A stretch of 64,000 bases of DNA from Octopus sinensis (Eukaryota). Of this stretch, positions 1 to 13,497 are shown piece by piece (the stretch's first letter is position 1; each line of letters starts with the position of its first letter). The notes below the pieces were generated by a model. That model was not told the origin of the DNA, did no database searches, and saw only the letters and a list, made by a program, of their open reading frames with translations. The position numbers and the translations under genes were made by a program. The DNA lies in assembly GCF_006345805.1 (NCBI RefSeq), contig NC_043020.1, positions 16,430,001 to 16,494,000 of the forward strand, written 5' to 3'.

Positions 1-39
1 CACCCAACTGTAAAAAGAAATGTTTTAACAAGAAAACAT

Positions 40-400
40 GTGAATGTGCAGTAAGAAGCTTGCTTCTAAACCACATAGTTCCAGGTTCAGTCCCATTGTA
101 TGACACTTTAGGCAAGTGTCTTCTACTATAGTCTTGGGCCAACCAAAGCCTTTGTGAGTGAATTTGGTAAATGGAAAATGAAAGCAGCCCATCATGTGTG
201 TGTCTGTGTTTGATCCCACCACCACCACTTAACCAGTGTTGGTGTGTTTATGTCCCTGTAACTTAGCCGTTCTGCAAAAGAGACTGATAGAATAAGTACC
301 AGTCTTTAAAAAAATGTTAGTCCTGAAGTTGATTTGTTCAATTAAAACTTTTCAAGACATGGCCACAGTCAAATGACTGAAACAACTAAGAGATGAAAGA
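40..400 (+). mobile_element. tRNA-derived SINE, family A (CORE-like), degenerate copy
   Basis: B-box-like GGTTCAGTCCC, then ttaggcaagtgtcttctactatag...ttgtgagtgaatttggta and tail atggccacagtcaaatgactgaaac; matches the many other copies in the window. Confidence 0.75.
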
Positions 401-477
401 CTTATAAAAGACTAGGAACATACATGTAATGCTTAGTTGTATTTTAGAAGGTCCCCAAAGGAATTAAACAGACAAGT

Positions 478-826
478 TTTATAATCTCTGCCCTTTCAGT
501 TGTGTTTGTTTGTTTGTCTGTGGACAAGATATCTCAAGAACCACTGAATGGATTCGGATAAAACTTTCAGAGATGCTTGGCCTCGTGACTGGCACGAACC
601 GATTAGATTTTGGGATTGATCTGGTACCAGACAAGGATTCTGGATTATTTTACCTGTTTTTTATTTAATTTTCAAGAGCAGTCAGGTTCATTTTTAGTAT
701 TCTCGTTTGTGATATCAGTCGAGTTTATTTCAGATATTCTCATTTTAAAAATCATCTCTGGCTAATCATTGAGAGGATGTTGGTGTTGCCTTGGCACAGG
801 CTTGCATTCTCTGAGCGCTCTTGTTT
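478..826 (+). mobile_element. Helentron/HINE-like non-autonomous element
   Basis: Starts tttataatctctgcc followed by (TTTG)n-ctgtggacaagatatctcaag; ends ttggcacagg-cttgcattctctgagcgctcttgtt (subterminal inverted motif plus 3' stem-loop). Class assigned from remembered architecture only. Confidence 0.4.
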
Positions 827-859
827 TTTATGTTTTCATTCTGCTTCATATATATATAT

Positions 860-1114
860 GTGGCACGTAAAATGCACCAATCCGACCATGGCCGATGCCA
901 GCCTCGCCTGGCACCAGTGCAGGTGGCACGTAAAAAGCACCCACTACACTCACGGAGTGGTTGGCGTTAGGAAGGGCATCCAGCTGTAGAAACATTGCCA
1001 GATAAGACCGGAGCCTGGTGCAGCCTTCTGGCTTCCCAGATCCCCGGTCGAACCGTCCAACCCATGCTAGCATGGAGAACGGACGTTAAACGATGATGAT
1101 GATGATGATGATGA
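860..1114 (+). mobile_element. (GAT)n-tailed interspersed repeat, family B (LINE-tail-like SINE)
   Basis: ~55-bp gcacgtaaaaagcacc subrepeats, then ggcgttaggaagggcatccagctgtagaaac...ccatgctagcatgg...ggacgttaaac(gat)n; recurs more than 10 times on both strands. Confidence 0.8.
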
Positions 1115-1654
1115 TATATATTTACAACCATATCTATGCTCTTAGCAATCAATATATGATCTTTAAAAATCTTTCTTTGATTTCTGGATATTTCCTTTGA
1201 CAAAAAGAGAATCTCATAAACCTGAGTTTTCTTGAAAAAAAAATTTGCCAATATCTTAATAATTTACTGTTTATCTCTTTAAACCCTTCAAACATTTATC
1301 TCACTCTGTCAAATGTAATGCTTATTTATTTGCATTGTTTTTAATTAATCATGAATTATCTGGAAACTTCAAGATCTTGATATGATTGTTTAGTTTTAGA
1401 ATGAAATTGTAGAGTGGGTCTGAGGGGCCCTTTTATTTTCTTTGTTTACTTTTTTTCATTTATTTCTTATTTTTTTATTTTATTTTCTTTCCTTTTTCTT
1501 TCTTTCTCCCCCTTTTTCTCTACCACATGACTTTGTAAATAAACAATCTGGTGTGTTTATTTTAATTGCCTATCAGTGTATACAGTGAATTTCTTTGCCC
1601 TGGGTGTCAGGAAGACACTCAGCAAGAGATGAAAACAAAATTGGATAATGATAA

Positions 1655-2472
1655 TAATGGTTTTAAACTTTGGTCCAAAACCAGCAGTTTTAGAAGCGGG
1701 ACAAGTCAATTATGTCAATACCAGTACTCAAATGGTTCTTATTTTGTTGACCCTAAAAGGATGAAAGGCAAAGTCAGCCACAGTGAAATATGAACTCAGA
1801 ATATAATGAAGCAGAAGGAATACCACTAGGCACTGATGCTCAAGTGATACTGGCAGCTCACCATTTACTGTATTTTAACATGTATAAGGAACCCCCTTTT
1901 TTTTCAAAAATTAAGTTTAAAAAATATGGGATTTTCTTATACATGGATTGTATTATAATCCCTTACAAAACTTTTTTTCAAAATTTTACGCCCCAAAATT
2001 TAGGGGATCCCTTATACATATTAAACTATGGTAATAATAGTGATGATGTATAATCTTTCCTCCTATTGGCGGGCACAAGTCCTGATATTTAGGGGGAGAG
2101 AATTAGTCAATTACCTCAGCCCTAGTGCTCAACTGGTACTTATTTTATCGACCTTGGTGGAATTTGAACTTAGAACATAAAGATGGATGAAATACTGGTA
2201 AACATTTTGTCTGGCATGCTAATAATTCTGCCAGTTCATTACCTTTAATGATAATGGTTTCAAATTTTGGCACACGGCCAACAGTTTTGGGGGAGGGTGC
2301 AAGTTGATTACATGAACCCTAATACTTGGCTGGTACTTATTCTACCAACCCTGAAAAAATGAAAGGCAAAGTTGACCTTGGTGGAATTTGGACTCAGAAT
2401 GTAGCGACAGGTGAAAAACCATTAAGCATTTCATCCAGCATGCTAACGATTCTGCCAGCTCATCACCTTAAT

Positions 2473-2508
<36 letters not shown>

Positions 2509-2520
2509 TTATTTGTTTAT
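1655..2520 (-). mobile_element. Cluster of family-M SINEs ((TTA)n tails; Meta-like core)
   Basis: Three degenerate minus-strand copies with tacttattttatcgacc-gaaaggatgaaaggcaaagtcgacc-ggaatttgaactcagaa core and ctgccagctcaccacc head. Confidence 0.7.
1866..2033. mobile_element. TA-flanked MITE with ~30-bp imperfect TIRs (Tc1/mariner-pogo type)
   Basis: Left TACTGTATTTTAACATGTATAAGGAACCCCT vs reverse complement of right end TACCATAGTTTAATATGTATAAGGGATCCCCT; TA at both ends. Confidence 0.7.
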
Positions 2521-2863
2521 TGGCCACAGGGCTAACAAAAATCAATTAAAACATAAAGGGACAAAACACAGGACGAAAGTTACAAAGGGTTTTGTCTGTT
2601 TGAAAAAGTTTGTGTACAAAAGCAGGATAACAACGAAATAAAAGTAACAATTAAAACTCCCTAATAATATACCAGAGAGGTGACTTTTACATAATTGTTC
2701 AATTTGAAGCCAAATGTTTCTTAAAAATTTATAGCCATCTTTAAAACAGGAACCACAATAACTGGCAACATGGCTTTCATGTAGCTGCTCGACTGATTCA
2801 ATACTGTTGCCAAACTTTTGTCTGAGTAAATTTGCTATCATCTTTAAAATGGAATCTAAATAT

Positions 2864-3091
2864 TTAACCCTTTAGTATTTAAATTATTCCTTCAAATGTA
2901 ATGCTGATTTATTTTCATTGTTTTGAATTAACCATACATTGTCCTGTTGCTTCAGGATTTTGATAATGTGCTTGTATATTTTTAGAATGACATTGTAGGG
3001 TAGGTGAGAGAGGTCAAATCTGGCCAGTTTGAACATAAGACAGGATGAAGATTTGGGCTGGACATGGCCAGTTTAAATGCTAAATGGCTAA
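2864..3091. mobile_element. piggyBac-type MITE (TTAA-CCC...), family P
   Basis: Begins ttaaccctttag, ends aaatgctaaatggctaa (decayed AATGCTAAAGGGTTAA); related copies or fragments near 1280, 3320-4355 (split by two SINEs), 16370, 28855, 38636, 49349. Confidence 0.65.
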
Positions 3092-3373
3092 GTCATAAGT
3101 TTATATAGGAGGGATAGCTTTAATGATGATGAAACATCCAAAATGTTTTGCAGGACATCTTATGTCTTTCTGCCTAGAATGCTCTTAATTAGAATATTAT
3201 AATCCCTTACAAAATCTTTTCTCAAGTGTTGTTCTCACCTAGCAAGTGATTATTTCTGAGAAGGTGTGTTAAAAGTGAAAAAAAAAAAATCATGGAAGAA
3301 GCATTTTAGCCAGTTGACTCATTAGCATTCAAATTAGTCTGTCAAATATGATGCTTATTTCTCTTTCTCTTTC

Positions 3374-3767
3374 TCTTTTATTTGTTTCAGTCATTTAACT
3401 GCGGCCATGCTGGAGCACCGCCTTTAGTCGAGCAGATCGACCCCGGGACTTATTCTTTGTAAGCCCAGTACTTATTCTATCGGTCTCTTTTGCCGAACCG
3501 CTAAGTGACGGGGACGTAAACACACCAGCATCGGTCGTCAAGCAATGCTAGGGGGACAAACACAGACACACAAACACACACATACATATATATATACATA
3601 TATACGACAGGCTTCTTTCAGTTTCTGTCTACCAAATCCACTCACAAGGCATTGGTCGGCCCGGGGCTATAGCAGAAGACACTTGCCCAAGATGCCATGC
3701 AGTGGAACTGAACCCAGAACCATGTGGTTGGTTAGCAAGCTACTTACCACACAGCCACTCCTGCGCC
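3374..3767 (-). mobile_element. SINE family A, near full length
   Basis: Minus-strand head ggcgcaggagtggctgtgtggtaagtagcttgct...ggttcagttccactg (A/B boxes), internal (CA)/(TA) microsatellite, tail gactgaaacaaataaaag. Confidence 0.85.
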
Positions 3768-3840
3768 TTTATTCACATTTATTCACATTGTTCTTAATTA
3801 ATCGTGCATTATCTTGTAGCTTCGAGGTTTCGATGATGTC

Positions 3841-4240
3841 TCTTTACTTGTTTCAGTCATGTGACAGTGGCCATGCTGGAGCACAGCCTTTAGTCGACCA
3901 AATCGACCCCAGGACTTATTCTTTGTAAGCCTAGTACTTATTCTATCGGTCTCTATTGCCAAACCGCTAAGTTACGGGGACGTAAACACACCAGCATCGG
4001 TTGTCAAACGATGTTGGGGGGACAAACAAAGACACACAAACATATACACACACATACATATATATATATACTTATATACGATGGGCTTCTTTCAGTTTCC
4101 ATGTATCAAATCCACTCACAAAGCTTTGGTCAGCCCAAGGCTATAGTAGAAGACACTTGCTCAAGGTGCCACGCAGTGGGACTGAACCTGGAACCATGTG
4201 GTTAGTAAGCAAGCTATTTACCACACAGCCACTCTTACAC
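3841..4240 (-). mobile_element. SINE family A
   Basis: Second near-complete copy ~75 bp from the previous one. Confidence 0.85.
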
Positions 4241-4682
4241 CTATGTGATTATTTATTTTTAAAAGGTGGATGTAAGAGGCTGGATCTGACCAGTTTGAAT
4301 ATAAAACAGGTAGAATATTTGGGTCTGATATGGCCACTTTAAATGCTAAAGTGTTAAAACACACAAATACTGTTAAATCCATTTTTCATTTATATCATGA
4401 GGTGTTGAAGTATTCAGTACACAGCTACAGCCTGGTCAGTAATACCTGGTCAGAGGTTCATAAATTATGTTTACAATTGGGAGAATGAGGATTACTCAGT
4501 AGAGTTTATTGGAAAACGAATAAAGTTTTATTATAAACATCAGAACACTTCCATGTGGGCTCCATTGATTACAACACAACACGTCTAGATGATACAATAC
4601 AATAAGTTGTGCAAGTTATAAAGATAATTTATGAGCACCTCATACAGTGAGTGACTGTCAGTGAGCAGGACATAGATAAGTC

Positions 4683-4874
4683 TCTTTTACTCTTTTACTT
4701 GTTTCAGTCATTTGACTGCGGCCATGCTGGAGCACCGCCTTTAATCGAGCAACTCGACCCCGGGACTTATTCTTTTGTAAGCCCAGTACTTATTCTATCG
4801 GTCTCTTTTGCCGAACTGCTAAGTAACGGGGACAGTATCGGTTGTCAAGCAATGCTAGGGGGACAAACACACAA

Positions 4875-4906
<32 letters not shown>

Positions 4907-4911
4907 GTGTA

Positions 4912-4942
<31 letters not shown>

Positions 4943-5070
4943 GACGGGCTTCTTTCAGTTTCCGTCTACCAAATCCACTCACAAGGCTTTGGTCGGCCCG
5001 AGGCTATAGTAGAAGACACTTGCCCAAGGTGCCACACAGTGGGACTTACCACACAGCCACTCCTGCATCT
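4683..5070 (-). mobile_element. SINE family A with internal deletion
   Basis: Same body; head shortened (gtgggacttaccacacagcc). Confidence 0.8.
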
Positions 5071-6354
5071 GTAACAATAATTTTAAAACAGCAAGAATTA
5101 AATGAAAGTGAATTTAATATTTTTTGTGTGTTTCTAAACAGCTCAAATGTCTCTTCAAGATGGTATTAGATTTTTCTTTCCCAGTATTATAAAGCTGGTC
5201 GAATGAACTGGCAAGGACTTTAGTTCTCTCGATCATTTCACAATCAAATTTGATAAATCTCTGCGAGAAATAAAGCTAGGTATTATTCTTCATATTAGGA
5301 TTAATAATTATGAATCCTTATATCACATGGCCATGTATTTACTGTAGATGCATGTAACTGACCAAATTCCATCCTCAATCATTCAGTGCTACCCTCTTTC
5401 TTTTTCCTTTATTTATTTGATCAACCCTAGTGGACGAAAGATAAAGTCGACCTCAGTGGAATTTGAACTCGGAATGTAAAGGTGGACAAAATATTGCTAA
5501 GCATTTTTACTCAGTGTGCTAACAATTTTGCTGGCTCACTGCCTTCACTTAACTAAATGTCAGAAGGTATTTTATCATGCTCTGTTCAATCTGTGCTCTT
5601 ACACATTTGGGGGTCAATAATCATTTCTAACATTAGGCACATGGCTAATCATTTGAAAGGTAAGGATCTGTAATTTATATTGACCCTTGTACTTACTTGT
5701 CTATGCTGTTTTATCAACCCCAGAAGGATGAAAGGCAAATTTGATTTTGACAGGATTTGAACTCAAATTGTTAATACTGCAATGCAGATCAAATTCCACT
5801 CAGGTCGACTTTGCCTTTCATCCTTTCAGGGTCAATAAAATAAGTACCATCTGATCTCTGGGGTTGATGTAATCAACTGACATTTCCTCCTGCCAATATT
5901 TCAAGCTTTGTGCCTATAATAGAAAGGATTATTATTATTATTAGTAGTAGTAGTGGTGGTGGTATTAGTTTATCTAGGACAGATTTGATTGTTAGCCGAC
6001 TCCAACATAAAAATCTGTGCTTTTTTTTTTTATTTTTTTTTTTTACAATAAGGAAGGTGATTGCAGTCTGTAGACAACAACTTATCAGCTTTTACTCTTT
6101 AAACGCTCACCTGAAAAGTAGGGTAAGATTGACCAGCAGTAAATTTGTTGAAATGTGTGGGTGAGAGAAGGAGAGACAGACAGACAGACAAGCAGAGTAG
6201 TATGTCTGGTGTAGCTAGATGCTCCCACTGCCAATTTTTGTTAGTAATTGCCTAGCAGAGAGAAGGTAATTGGTTACTGTTGTGGAGCCTTTCAAGGGTT
6301 TGGATATCCCCTATTGCACCCTATGTGAGAGTCCCCCTTTTAAGACATTTTATC

Positions 6355-6632
6355 ATCATCATCATCATCATTTAGCGTCCGTTTTCCATGCTAGCATGGG
6401 TTGGACGGTTTAACTGGGGTCTGTGAAGCCGGAAGGCTTCATCAGGCCCAGTCAGATTTGGCAGTGTTTCTACAGCTGGATGCCCTTCCTAATGCCAACC
6501 ACTCCTTGAGTGTAGTTGGTGCTTTTTACGTGCCACCTGCACAGGTGCCAGACAGAGCTGGCAAACGGCCACGAACGGATGGTGCTTTTACGTGCTACCG
6601 GCACGGGGGCCAGGCGAGGCTGGCAACGGACC
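6355..6632 (-). mobile_element. Family B repeat
   Basis: (CAT)n then tttagcgtccgttttccatgctagcatgggttgg...ctggatgcccttcctaatgccaacc. Confidence 0.8.
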
Positions 6633-8236
6633 GAGGCTAGTTTTTGTTTTAACAGTTTATGTGTGTGTGTTGAGTTGATGAATGGCTGTAACCATAATAT
6701 TCTATGATCTGAAGAGCAAGCCTCCATTTCCTGCATAACATTGCACATTGTACAATAGTTCTATATAATTTATAACATATACACTAATACAGACATGTAA
6801 AATAATTTATTATACTCTAAAATAAATTATTTTCCCATAATGTTGACAGCAAAACGATTGTAATCTTATGGCTATTCATCTCATACCTCCCGACTTTTAT
6901 ATATATGAGCCGAGTTAGGTAAGTTGAAATATGTGTGTCACATATCTTAACTGCTAAAAGGCAGATACAGTGCAGTTGCCTTGGAGAATATATCTTTCTT
7001 ATGGTAAAAAGTTGTGAAAATACCCAGTTCATTCAGTGTTGCCATCTATTAGGAATCTATGTTTCATGCCTAAACTCTGCTTAGTGCTAACACTTCGTTT
7101 TATATATATATATACTCTATGTGAAACTCTCACTTGTCTTGTAATCATATTTTGTAATGTTTCCCATTTGTCATCCTTGTGGCAAATAATTATCATCATC
7201 ATCATCCTCCCTATTTTTATCATCACCATCGTTATTATTATTATTATTGTTGTTGCTGTTTTAATATTATTGTTATTAATTAACATTAGAAGTATTGTAT
7301 TTGGACAAGCTTGAAAGATTAGCAGTGGTGATTAAACAAAGAAACACTTCATATAAAGATGCCAGGGAGGATAGAAGCAAATATAATTACAAATTTGGCA
7401 TTTAGATCTGGCATTAGATATGGTTTGAGTAGCTGCCAGCCAATTCTTATCTACAAAGATGAGGAATAAGACAAGTGCCGTCTTAGGACTAACATAGCAT
7501 TATTTGACAGTTTTTTCTTTTTTTTTCCACATGTATAATGATTAGTAACTTTAAAATTATTTGTGTTTTAATACTGATCATTTAAGTGATAACGGTATAT
7601 CTCGGTGTAGTTGGATATGAGACTGTCAAAGACCAGCATATATGTGTCATTAAAAACAAGTAGTTTTAATTACAGAGTTTTTATCTAAAGCATTTAAGTC
7701 TCTGGTAAAGTCCTTCAGGTATCTGTGGATTTAAAGCAATACACTGTTAGGAATACACCTACATACTTCCGGAACATGCCAGAAATTCTTTGCTCATTTA
7801 TCTGTAGATATTTCTGCACATACTACATGTTCTTTCTTTTGTTCTTTTGTCACTGAATTCTTTAGATTTTCCTCATAAGTATTTCTCTTAAATTACGTTG
7901 GAATTGTATAGATAATGACAATATATTGTGGTTGTCCTTGCAAACAGGCATGTCCCCCTGCATCACTCTTCACTTGAACGATCCTAATCTTCCAGGCTTG
8001 TAGGTATTGGTGCCACATAGGAAGCACCTGTGCTAGTGCTACATAAAAGCACCCATTCCACACTGCGTAAAAACACCCAGTTTACTCTGTAAAGTGGTTG
8101 GCATTAGGAAGGGCATCCAACTGTAGAAATCATGTCAAAACAGACATGAAGCTTGGGCAGCTCTTTAGCTGGTCAGCTCCTGTCAAACCATCCAACCCAT
8201 GCCAGCATGGAAAACAGATGTTAAATGATGATCATA

Positions 8237-8586
8237 TCTATTATATAAAATCTGTTCTGTCTGTGTGTGTGTCTTCTAGGATCTCAGGCATCCTTCATCC
8301 GATTGCGCTTAAATTAGATATGTAGATACCGACGGTATCAGGGCGTGTATAAGTCTTGAAAAAATTACAAAATGCGATTCCAGGTGAGAATGCGATCAAT
8401 AAAGCATTCTTTGGGATAGAAAAGCAGTCTATCTTTATTTCTTCTTTTGCTGGTGTCTCAAATTTAGGTTAAATCAGTTTTCTCAAAGGGGAGGCCTATG
8501 GGACGGTCGGACAAGTTGTTTTGAGAAAATTTGGTTTAAATATTTGACAACTCAGCACCATCCATTGGACGGGGGCGTTTTGCTCA
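8237..8586 (+). mobile_element. Non-autonomous Helitron, 5' part
   Basis: A|TCTATTATATAAAA-tctgttctgtctgtgtg start like the two complete Helitrons below; CpG-richer body; runs into (TA)n without a CTAG end. Confidence 0.5.
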
Positions 8587-9022
8587 TATATATATATATA
8601 TATTGTCATCATTACCATTTTCACATCCACTTTTCCTTTACTTTCATAGACTGGACAGAGTTTGTGACAGATGTTATATATGTGTGTGTGTATTAGAGGC
8701 ATTCGTTAGCCTTGCAGCAAGACTTGCTTCAGTCTTGTTGGCATGGCAACATCAGCTGTGAGTGTGGAGACCTATCTGCGGAAGTCAGTTCCAATTGTAG
8801 TGATTACATTTGAAGGTACCATCTATCTGTCAGTTTTGTTGTTTTTCATTGATTTTGTTCGCTTTTCTTCATCAGCAAACCTCAGCATCTCTTCATATTT
8901 TTTAACCCTTGCCTGGTTTTAGCCACCAGTGGGCAGTGATCAGCAATGTCTTCCCACTTTCCAACACTTATGCAAAAAAGCAGCTTCTCAATCTATCTCC
9001 CTGTTTCTCTCTCTCTCTCTCT

Positions 9023-9053
<31 letters not shown>

Positions 9054-9207
9054 TTATGTTTGAAACAAAGATGGAGTTTACCTTTTGTTCTCTATCTGAA
9101 GGCCAGTTCCTTTATACAGCAGGTCTTTTAGGATCCTCTCATCTAACATGCAGTGTATATGGCCCAGCAAGCAGAGACATTAATGTATATATATATATAT
9201 ATATATA

Positions 9208-9346
9208 AAATATATTTTCAATTTAGAGATAGTAGGCCCCTGCATCTCACCATATAAAAAGAATTTTTATTTTAAATACCTAAAATAAAAATTCTTTTCA
9301 TATGGTGAAATGTAGGGGCCTACTATCTCTAAATTAAAATATATTT
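9208..9346. repeat. Near-perfect ~139-bp fold-back hairpin
   Basis: Arms ~66 bp (aatatattttcaatttagagatagtaggcccctgcatctcaccatata... / ...catatggtgaaatgtaggggcctactatctctaaattaaaatatatt), 6-nt loop aatacc, 3 substitutions and 1 indel. Confidence 0.9.
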
Positions 9347-11565
9347 CTTCATTGAGAATAATTTGAACGTCTGTTATGCCAGAATTTTTATTCCCTAAAA
9401 AATAAAATTTATATATATATAATATATATAAAATATTGGTTTACTTTTGACACCAACTTTTAATTTAATGGAATTGCAAGGGTGCTGTCAGTCTGAACAG
9501 AAATGATAGCAGGACACAGCTACTGTGCTTAGCAAGAGGCTATATGGTTTTGTGTAACATTATAGGATTTCTAAATACTATAGCATTTGCACTGATCATG
9601 TTTTAGATAAAACTTAAATATCTCTCTCTTTTTTTTTTTTATGTTAATTTGTAAAATATTTGTAATATTTAAATCATATTTACCAATATTCTATAGAGCT
9701 TACAGGAAACAATGTTTTTACTCAAGTATTAGCTTTAAGAGAATTTAAGTTCGATGCCTGTTTTTTTTATAAAATATTTTAGAGATTTATGATAAAAACA
9801 ATAGCGATAATTGTAATTGATAATTATTAATCAACAAAAAAAAAAATGTAGATAGTAAAAAGAGATAGGGTGGGGGGGGGGAGCCACATCCTAATCAGAA
9901 CATTCACAGCAACTGAAATGAATTGAAACACTGCAGGAATTAAATTTGTTTTTGATGGAGCATTTACAAATAATGAAGCTGTGATTGTGTTGAGATAAAA
10001 CATATTGGACATTTCTACAAGAATGACAAGCTATAAAGAAAACCAACGACAACAACAACAGCGGCCAGAAAACCCTAGTGTTTTACAATATATTTACCAT
10101 TGTGTTCACTGCTTAGATTCTCAGGTCTTTCACTTAGATATGGAGATTTATGCCCAGTCTGGAACTGACAGTTGCATTTGTTGGAGGAAAATAGTAGAAT
10201 AATGGAGATGTTTTAGTTAGTTATATCTATTAATTTTGTCATATTTTATGTGTAGTTTTTGTTTTTGTTCCATGCTGGCATGCAGTTCTGTTTTCTTCTG
10301 TTTACTGCCATTATCAGAATGTTCTGTGTATTGTGCTGTCTTGCATTTAGTCTTGTTGTTGTGGCACCAGTAACATTGTTGGGAGACATCTCTTGAGAAA
10401 GAAATATGGCACTATGTTCTTGTATAGTTGTTAATGGCGGGGTCTTGGAGCTAACTCTGCAAAATAGGTTACTTATTAATCATACAATGATATATATTAC
10501 TGCTTGTAAAATGTGGAAGCAACATGACTGAAAAAATTGTTTTGCTAGGTTCAATTCCACTGCATGGAACCTTGGGCAAATGTTTTTTTTACCATTTTTT
10601 TACCATTTTTTTTACCATCATTCTGACATCCTGGATAAACTGAAGACAGCCAATATCTTTTTAAAGCTATTTATCCAAAATATAGTAAATTTTAATAATA
10701 TATTGGTTTCAAATTTTGGCACAAAGCCAGCAATTTCAGGGGAAGGGGTTAAGTTGATATCATTGACCCCAGTGTTCAACCGGTACTTATTTTATCAACT
10801 TTGAAAGGATGAAAGGCAAAGTCTACCTTGTTAGAATTTGAATGTAAATGCTTGCTATAGAGAAGATAAATGGCTGCTTCACATTATATATAGGGGTGGG
10901 AGTACAAAACAAAAATGGAATAGCATGAAGGATTCTACCAGTTTGCCACCATTTTTTAAAAATGATTTTAGGTCTTAATAAACCCAGAGATTGTGAGAAG
11001 TTCAGTATTTTTAGTAACTTTGAGATATCTATAATTGGAGAGTGGCAGCTACAAGGCTGTCCCTTATATATGTAGTGATTTTTGATCTTAGTGCTGTTGG
11101 AGAATATTGGGATCTTATACACTCTTTTGAAGGTTGACTTCAAGGCAGTAATACAGTTGTGGCCATCTGGTTAAAAAGCTTGCATCACAACAACATAGTT
11201 TTAGATTTCTTCATACAGCATGACACTTTGGGCAAATGTTTTTTTACTACAAGTGTCTGAAGTTGATCAATACTATGAGTGGAATTTGGTAAGCAGACAT
11301 TGTTGCAAAACCTTGGGTGTATGTATGTATGTCTGTTTATCATTGAAGATCTTTCATTGAGAAACTAAACAACCAGTGGTACTGTCATGTAGCTGTTGCT
11401 ATCAGACATGCAGTAAACCAGTGATTAGTCTGTTGGAAACATGTAACCAATGATTCTGTTATTCAGAAAAAGTTATCTAATGGGCTAGTATGAGATATCT
11501 AGATATGTGTGGATGATACATGCAGAAACTCTAAGATAAAGAGTGATATATATATGTGTATATAC

Positions 11566-11612
<47 letters not shown>

Positions 11613-11615
<3 letters not shown>

Positions 11616-11803
11616 GCCATGATAGATCGGGAGCCACTACACACATTTTTTTTCTCTCCTTGTCTCTTTCTGTGTTCCTTTCTGTAGAGGAGCGTAGACT
11701 CGAAACGTAAAAGACTTTTTCAATTTCTGAGCGTTATACTAATACATCTGTTTGTTTTCTACACCACCTGTCTTCATCTTTTTTTTTTTTTGTGAACTCT
11801 CCC
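11613..11803 (+). mobile_element. (TA)n-embedded ~200-bp element, family H, copy 1, with minimal hammerhead-like motif
   Basis: CCUUU-CUGUAGA-G-GAGC GUAG ACUC-GAAAC GUA-AAAGA at 11677-11714; TA microsatellite on both sides. Confidence 0.7.
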
Positions 11804-12012
11804 TATATGTATATATATGTGTATATGTAGAAAGAGAGAGAGTACACTCTGCAGGGTGTTTGTTGTTAGGAAAGGCATCTAGTCATAAAAACTATGCTAA
11901 AACACAGTAGCCTGTGGTAGTCTTCTGATTGGCCAGCTATTGTCAAACCATCCAACCCATGCCTGTGTGGAAGGTGGATGTTAAATGATAATGATGAGAT
12001 ATATATATATAT

Positions 12013-12220
12013 CGCCATGTTGAATCGCTAGCTTCTGCACACATTTTTTTCTCTCCTTGTTTCTCTCCATGTTTCTTTTCTGTGTATCTTTCTGTTGAAG
12101 AGCGTAGGCTCGAAACGTAAAAGACTTGTCTTATTTATATTCCTGAGCGCCATACTAATACAATTGTTTGTTTGTACTCCACCTGCCTTCGTCTTTTGTT
12201 TATTTTCATAAAGCTTCCCG
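12013..12220 (+). mobile_element. Family H copy 2
   Basis: UCUUU-CUGUUGA-A-GAGC GUAG GCUC-GAAAC GUA-AAAGA at 12087-12124; (TA)n flanks. Confidence 0.7.
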
Positions 12221-12222
12221 TT

Positions 12223-12268
<46 letters not shown>

Positions 12269-12971
12269 GTGAAGTAGCCAGGTATCTTTCCTATAGCAAG
12301 ACACCTGTGCTTGGCCCTCAGTCAATACTTTAGCCTTTCATCACCTGGTATAAAGCCACCTTTCCCTCTCAAATACTTCCCTCTTAGTAGTGGGAGCTTT
12401 TTCCTTTTTCCCTATTCTTTTTTCTGTCTTGCAAATTACTCAGCAACCTCAGTTGTGCTGGTGACACAAATAAATATCTCCCACTATATCCTGTAAAGTA
12501 GTTGGTGTTAGGAAGGGCATCCAGCCATAGAAACCATGTCAGAGGTAACACTGGAGCACGACACAGCTGGATCCTGTTAAACTGTACAACCCATGCTAGC
12601 ATGGATGTGGATGTTAAATAATGATGATGATGAATTCCTGCATTAATCCATTACATATTGGCTGTCATTCTCTCCTGTCCGTTTCTCTATCTTTTTTTCA
12701 GTAGAAAAATTTATGATACTGAATATGTGAAGTGAACTCTTTATACTCGCCCTTGTAAATAAATGCATCTCATTAAGTATTATGAAGCAGCTTCGACGTC
12801 ATTGAATCGGGCGACTGAAATTTAATTTAAATACATTTTGGAGCAGATAATGATAATGATGGTGATGGCAATGATGATGATGATTAAGATATTAGAATTT
12901 GAATAAACAGTTTTACATGTAATAAGCAGATAATATCTCTCTATCTACCTGCCTACCTATCTGCCTACCTA

Positions 12972-13011
<40 letters not shown>

Positions 13012-13458
13012 CAATCATACACATGCACACAGACATATTGCACGTGTGTTTTTAGTGTTTTATTTGCCTTCTTGGGAACTGAATTTTTAATGTAGGTATT
13101 TGGTATTAGCAAATGGTTAACTGCTGGCATGGAATTGGAAAATAAATTATTCATATACTTTCTATGTCATGTGATTTCAAAAGGGAACATTTTCAATATT
13201 TTGTATATATATATATATATATATTTCATATTGCAGTTATACTAGTAACATTAGTAATATTATTACTAATAAGAACGGTTATGAAATTTGAAGCAAATGG
13301 GCTTTGCTGTGTGGTTAAATGGTTTATTTTGCAAGCTCATAGTTCTTAGGTTCAATCTAGTTGGTCAGCACCTCATGCATATGTCTTAAACTATTATAAC
13401 CTCAGATGAACTTAAATACTGTGAGTGGAATTTGGCGAAGAGAAACAGTGTATGTGTT

Positions 13459-13497
<39 letters not shown>

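Noticed and set aside
860-960. ~55-bp repeated units resembling a CRISPR-like array (also 16722, 39655)
   Set aside because: Tandem subrepeats of a eukaryotic interspersed repeat without unique spacers or cas genes
3545-4342. ORFs of 113-127 aa recurring with similar sequence elsewhere
   Set aside because: Antisense read-through of family A SINE copies; frames are not conserved between copies
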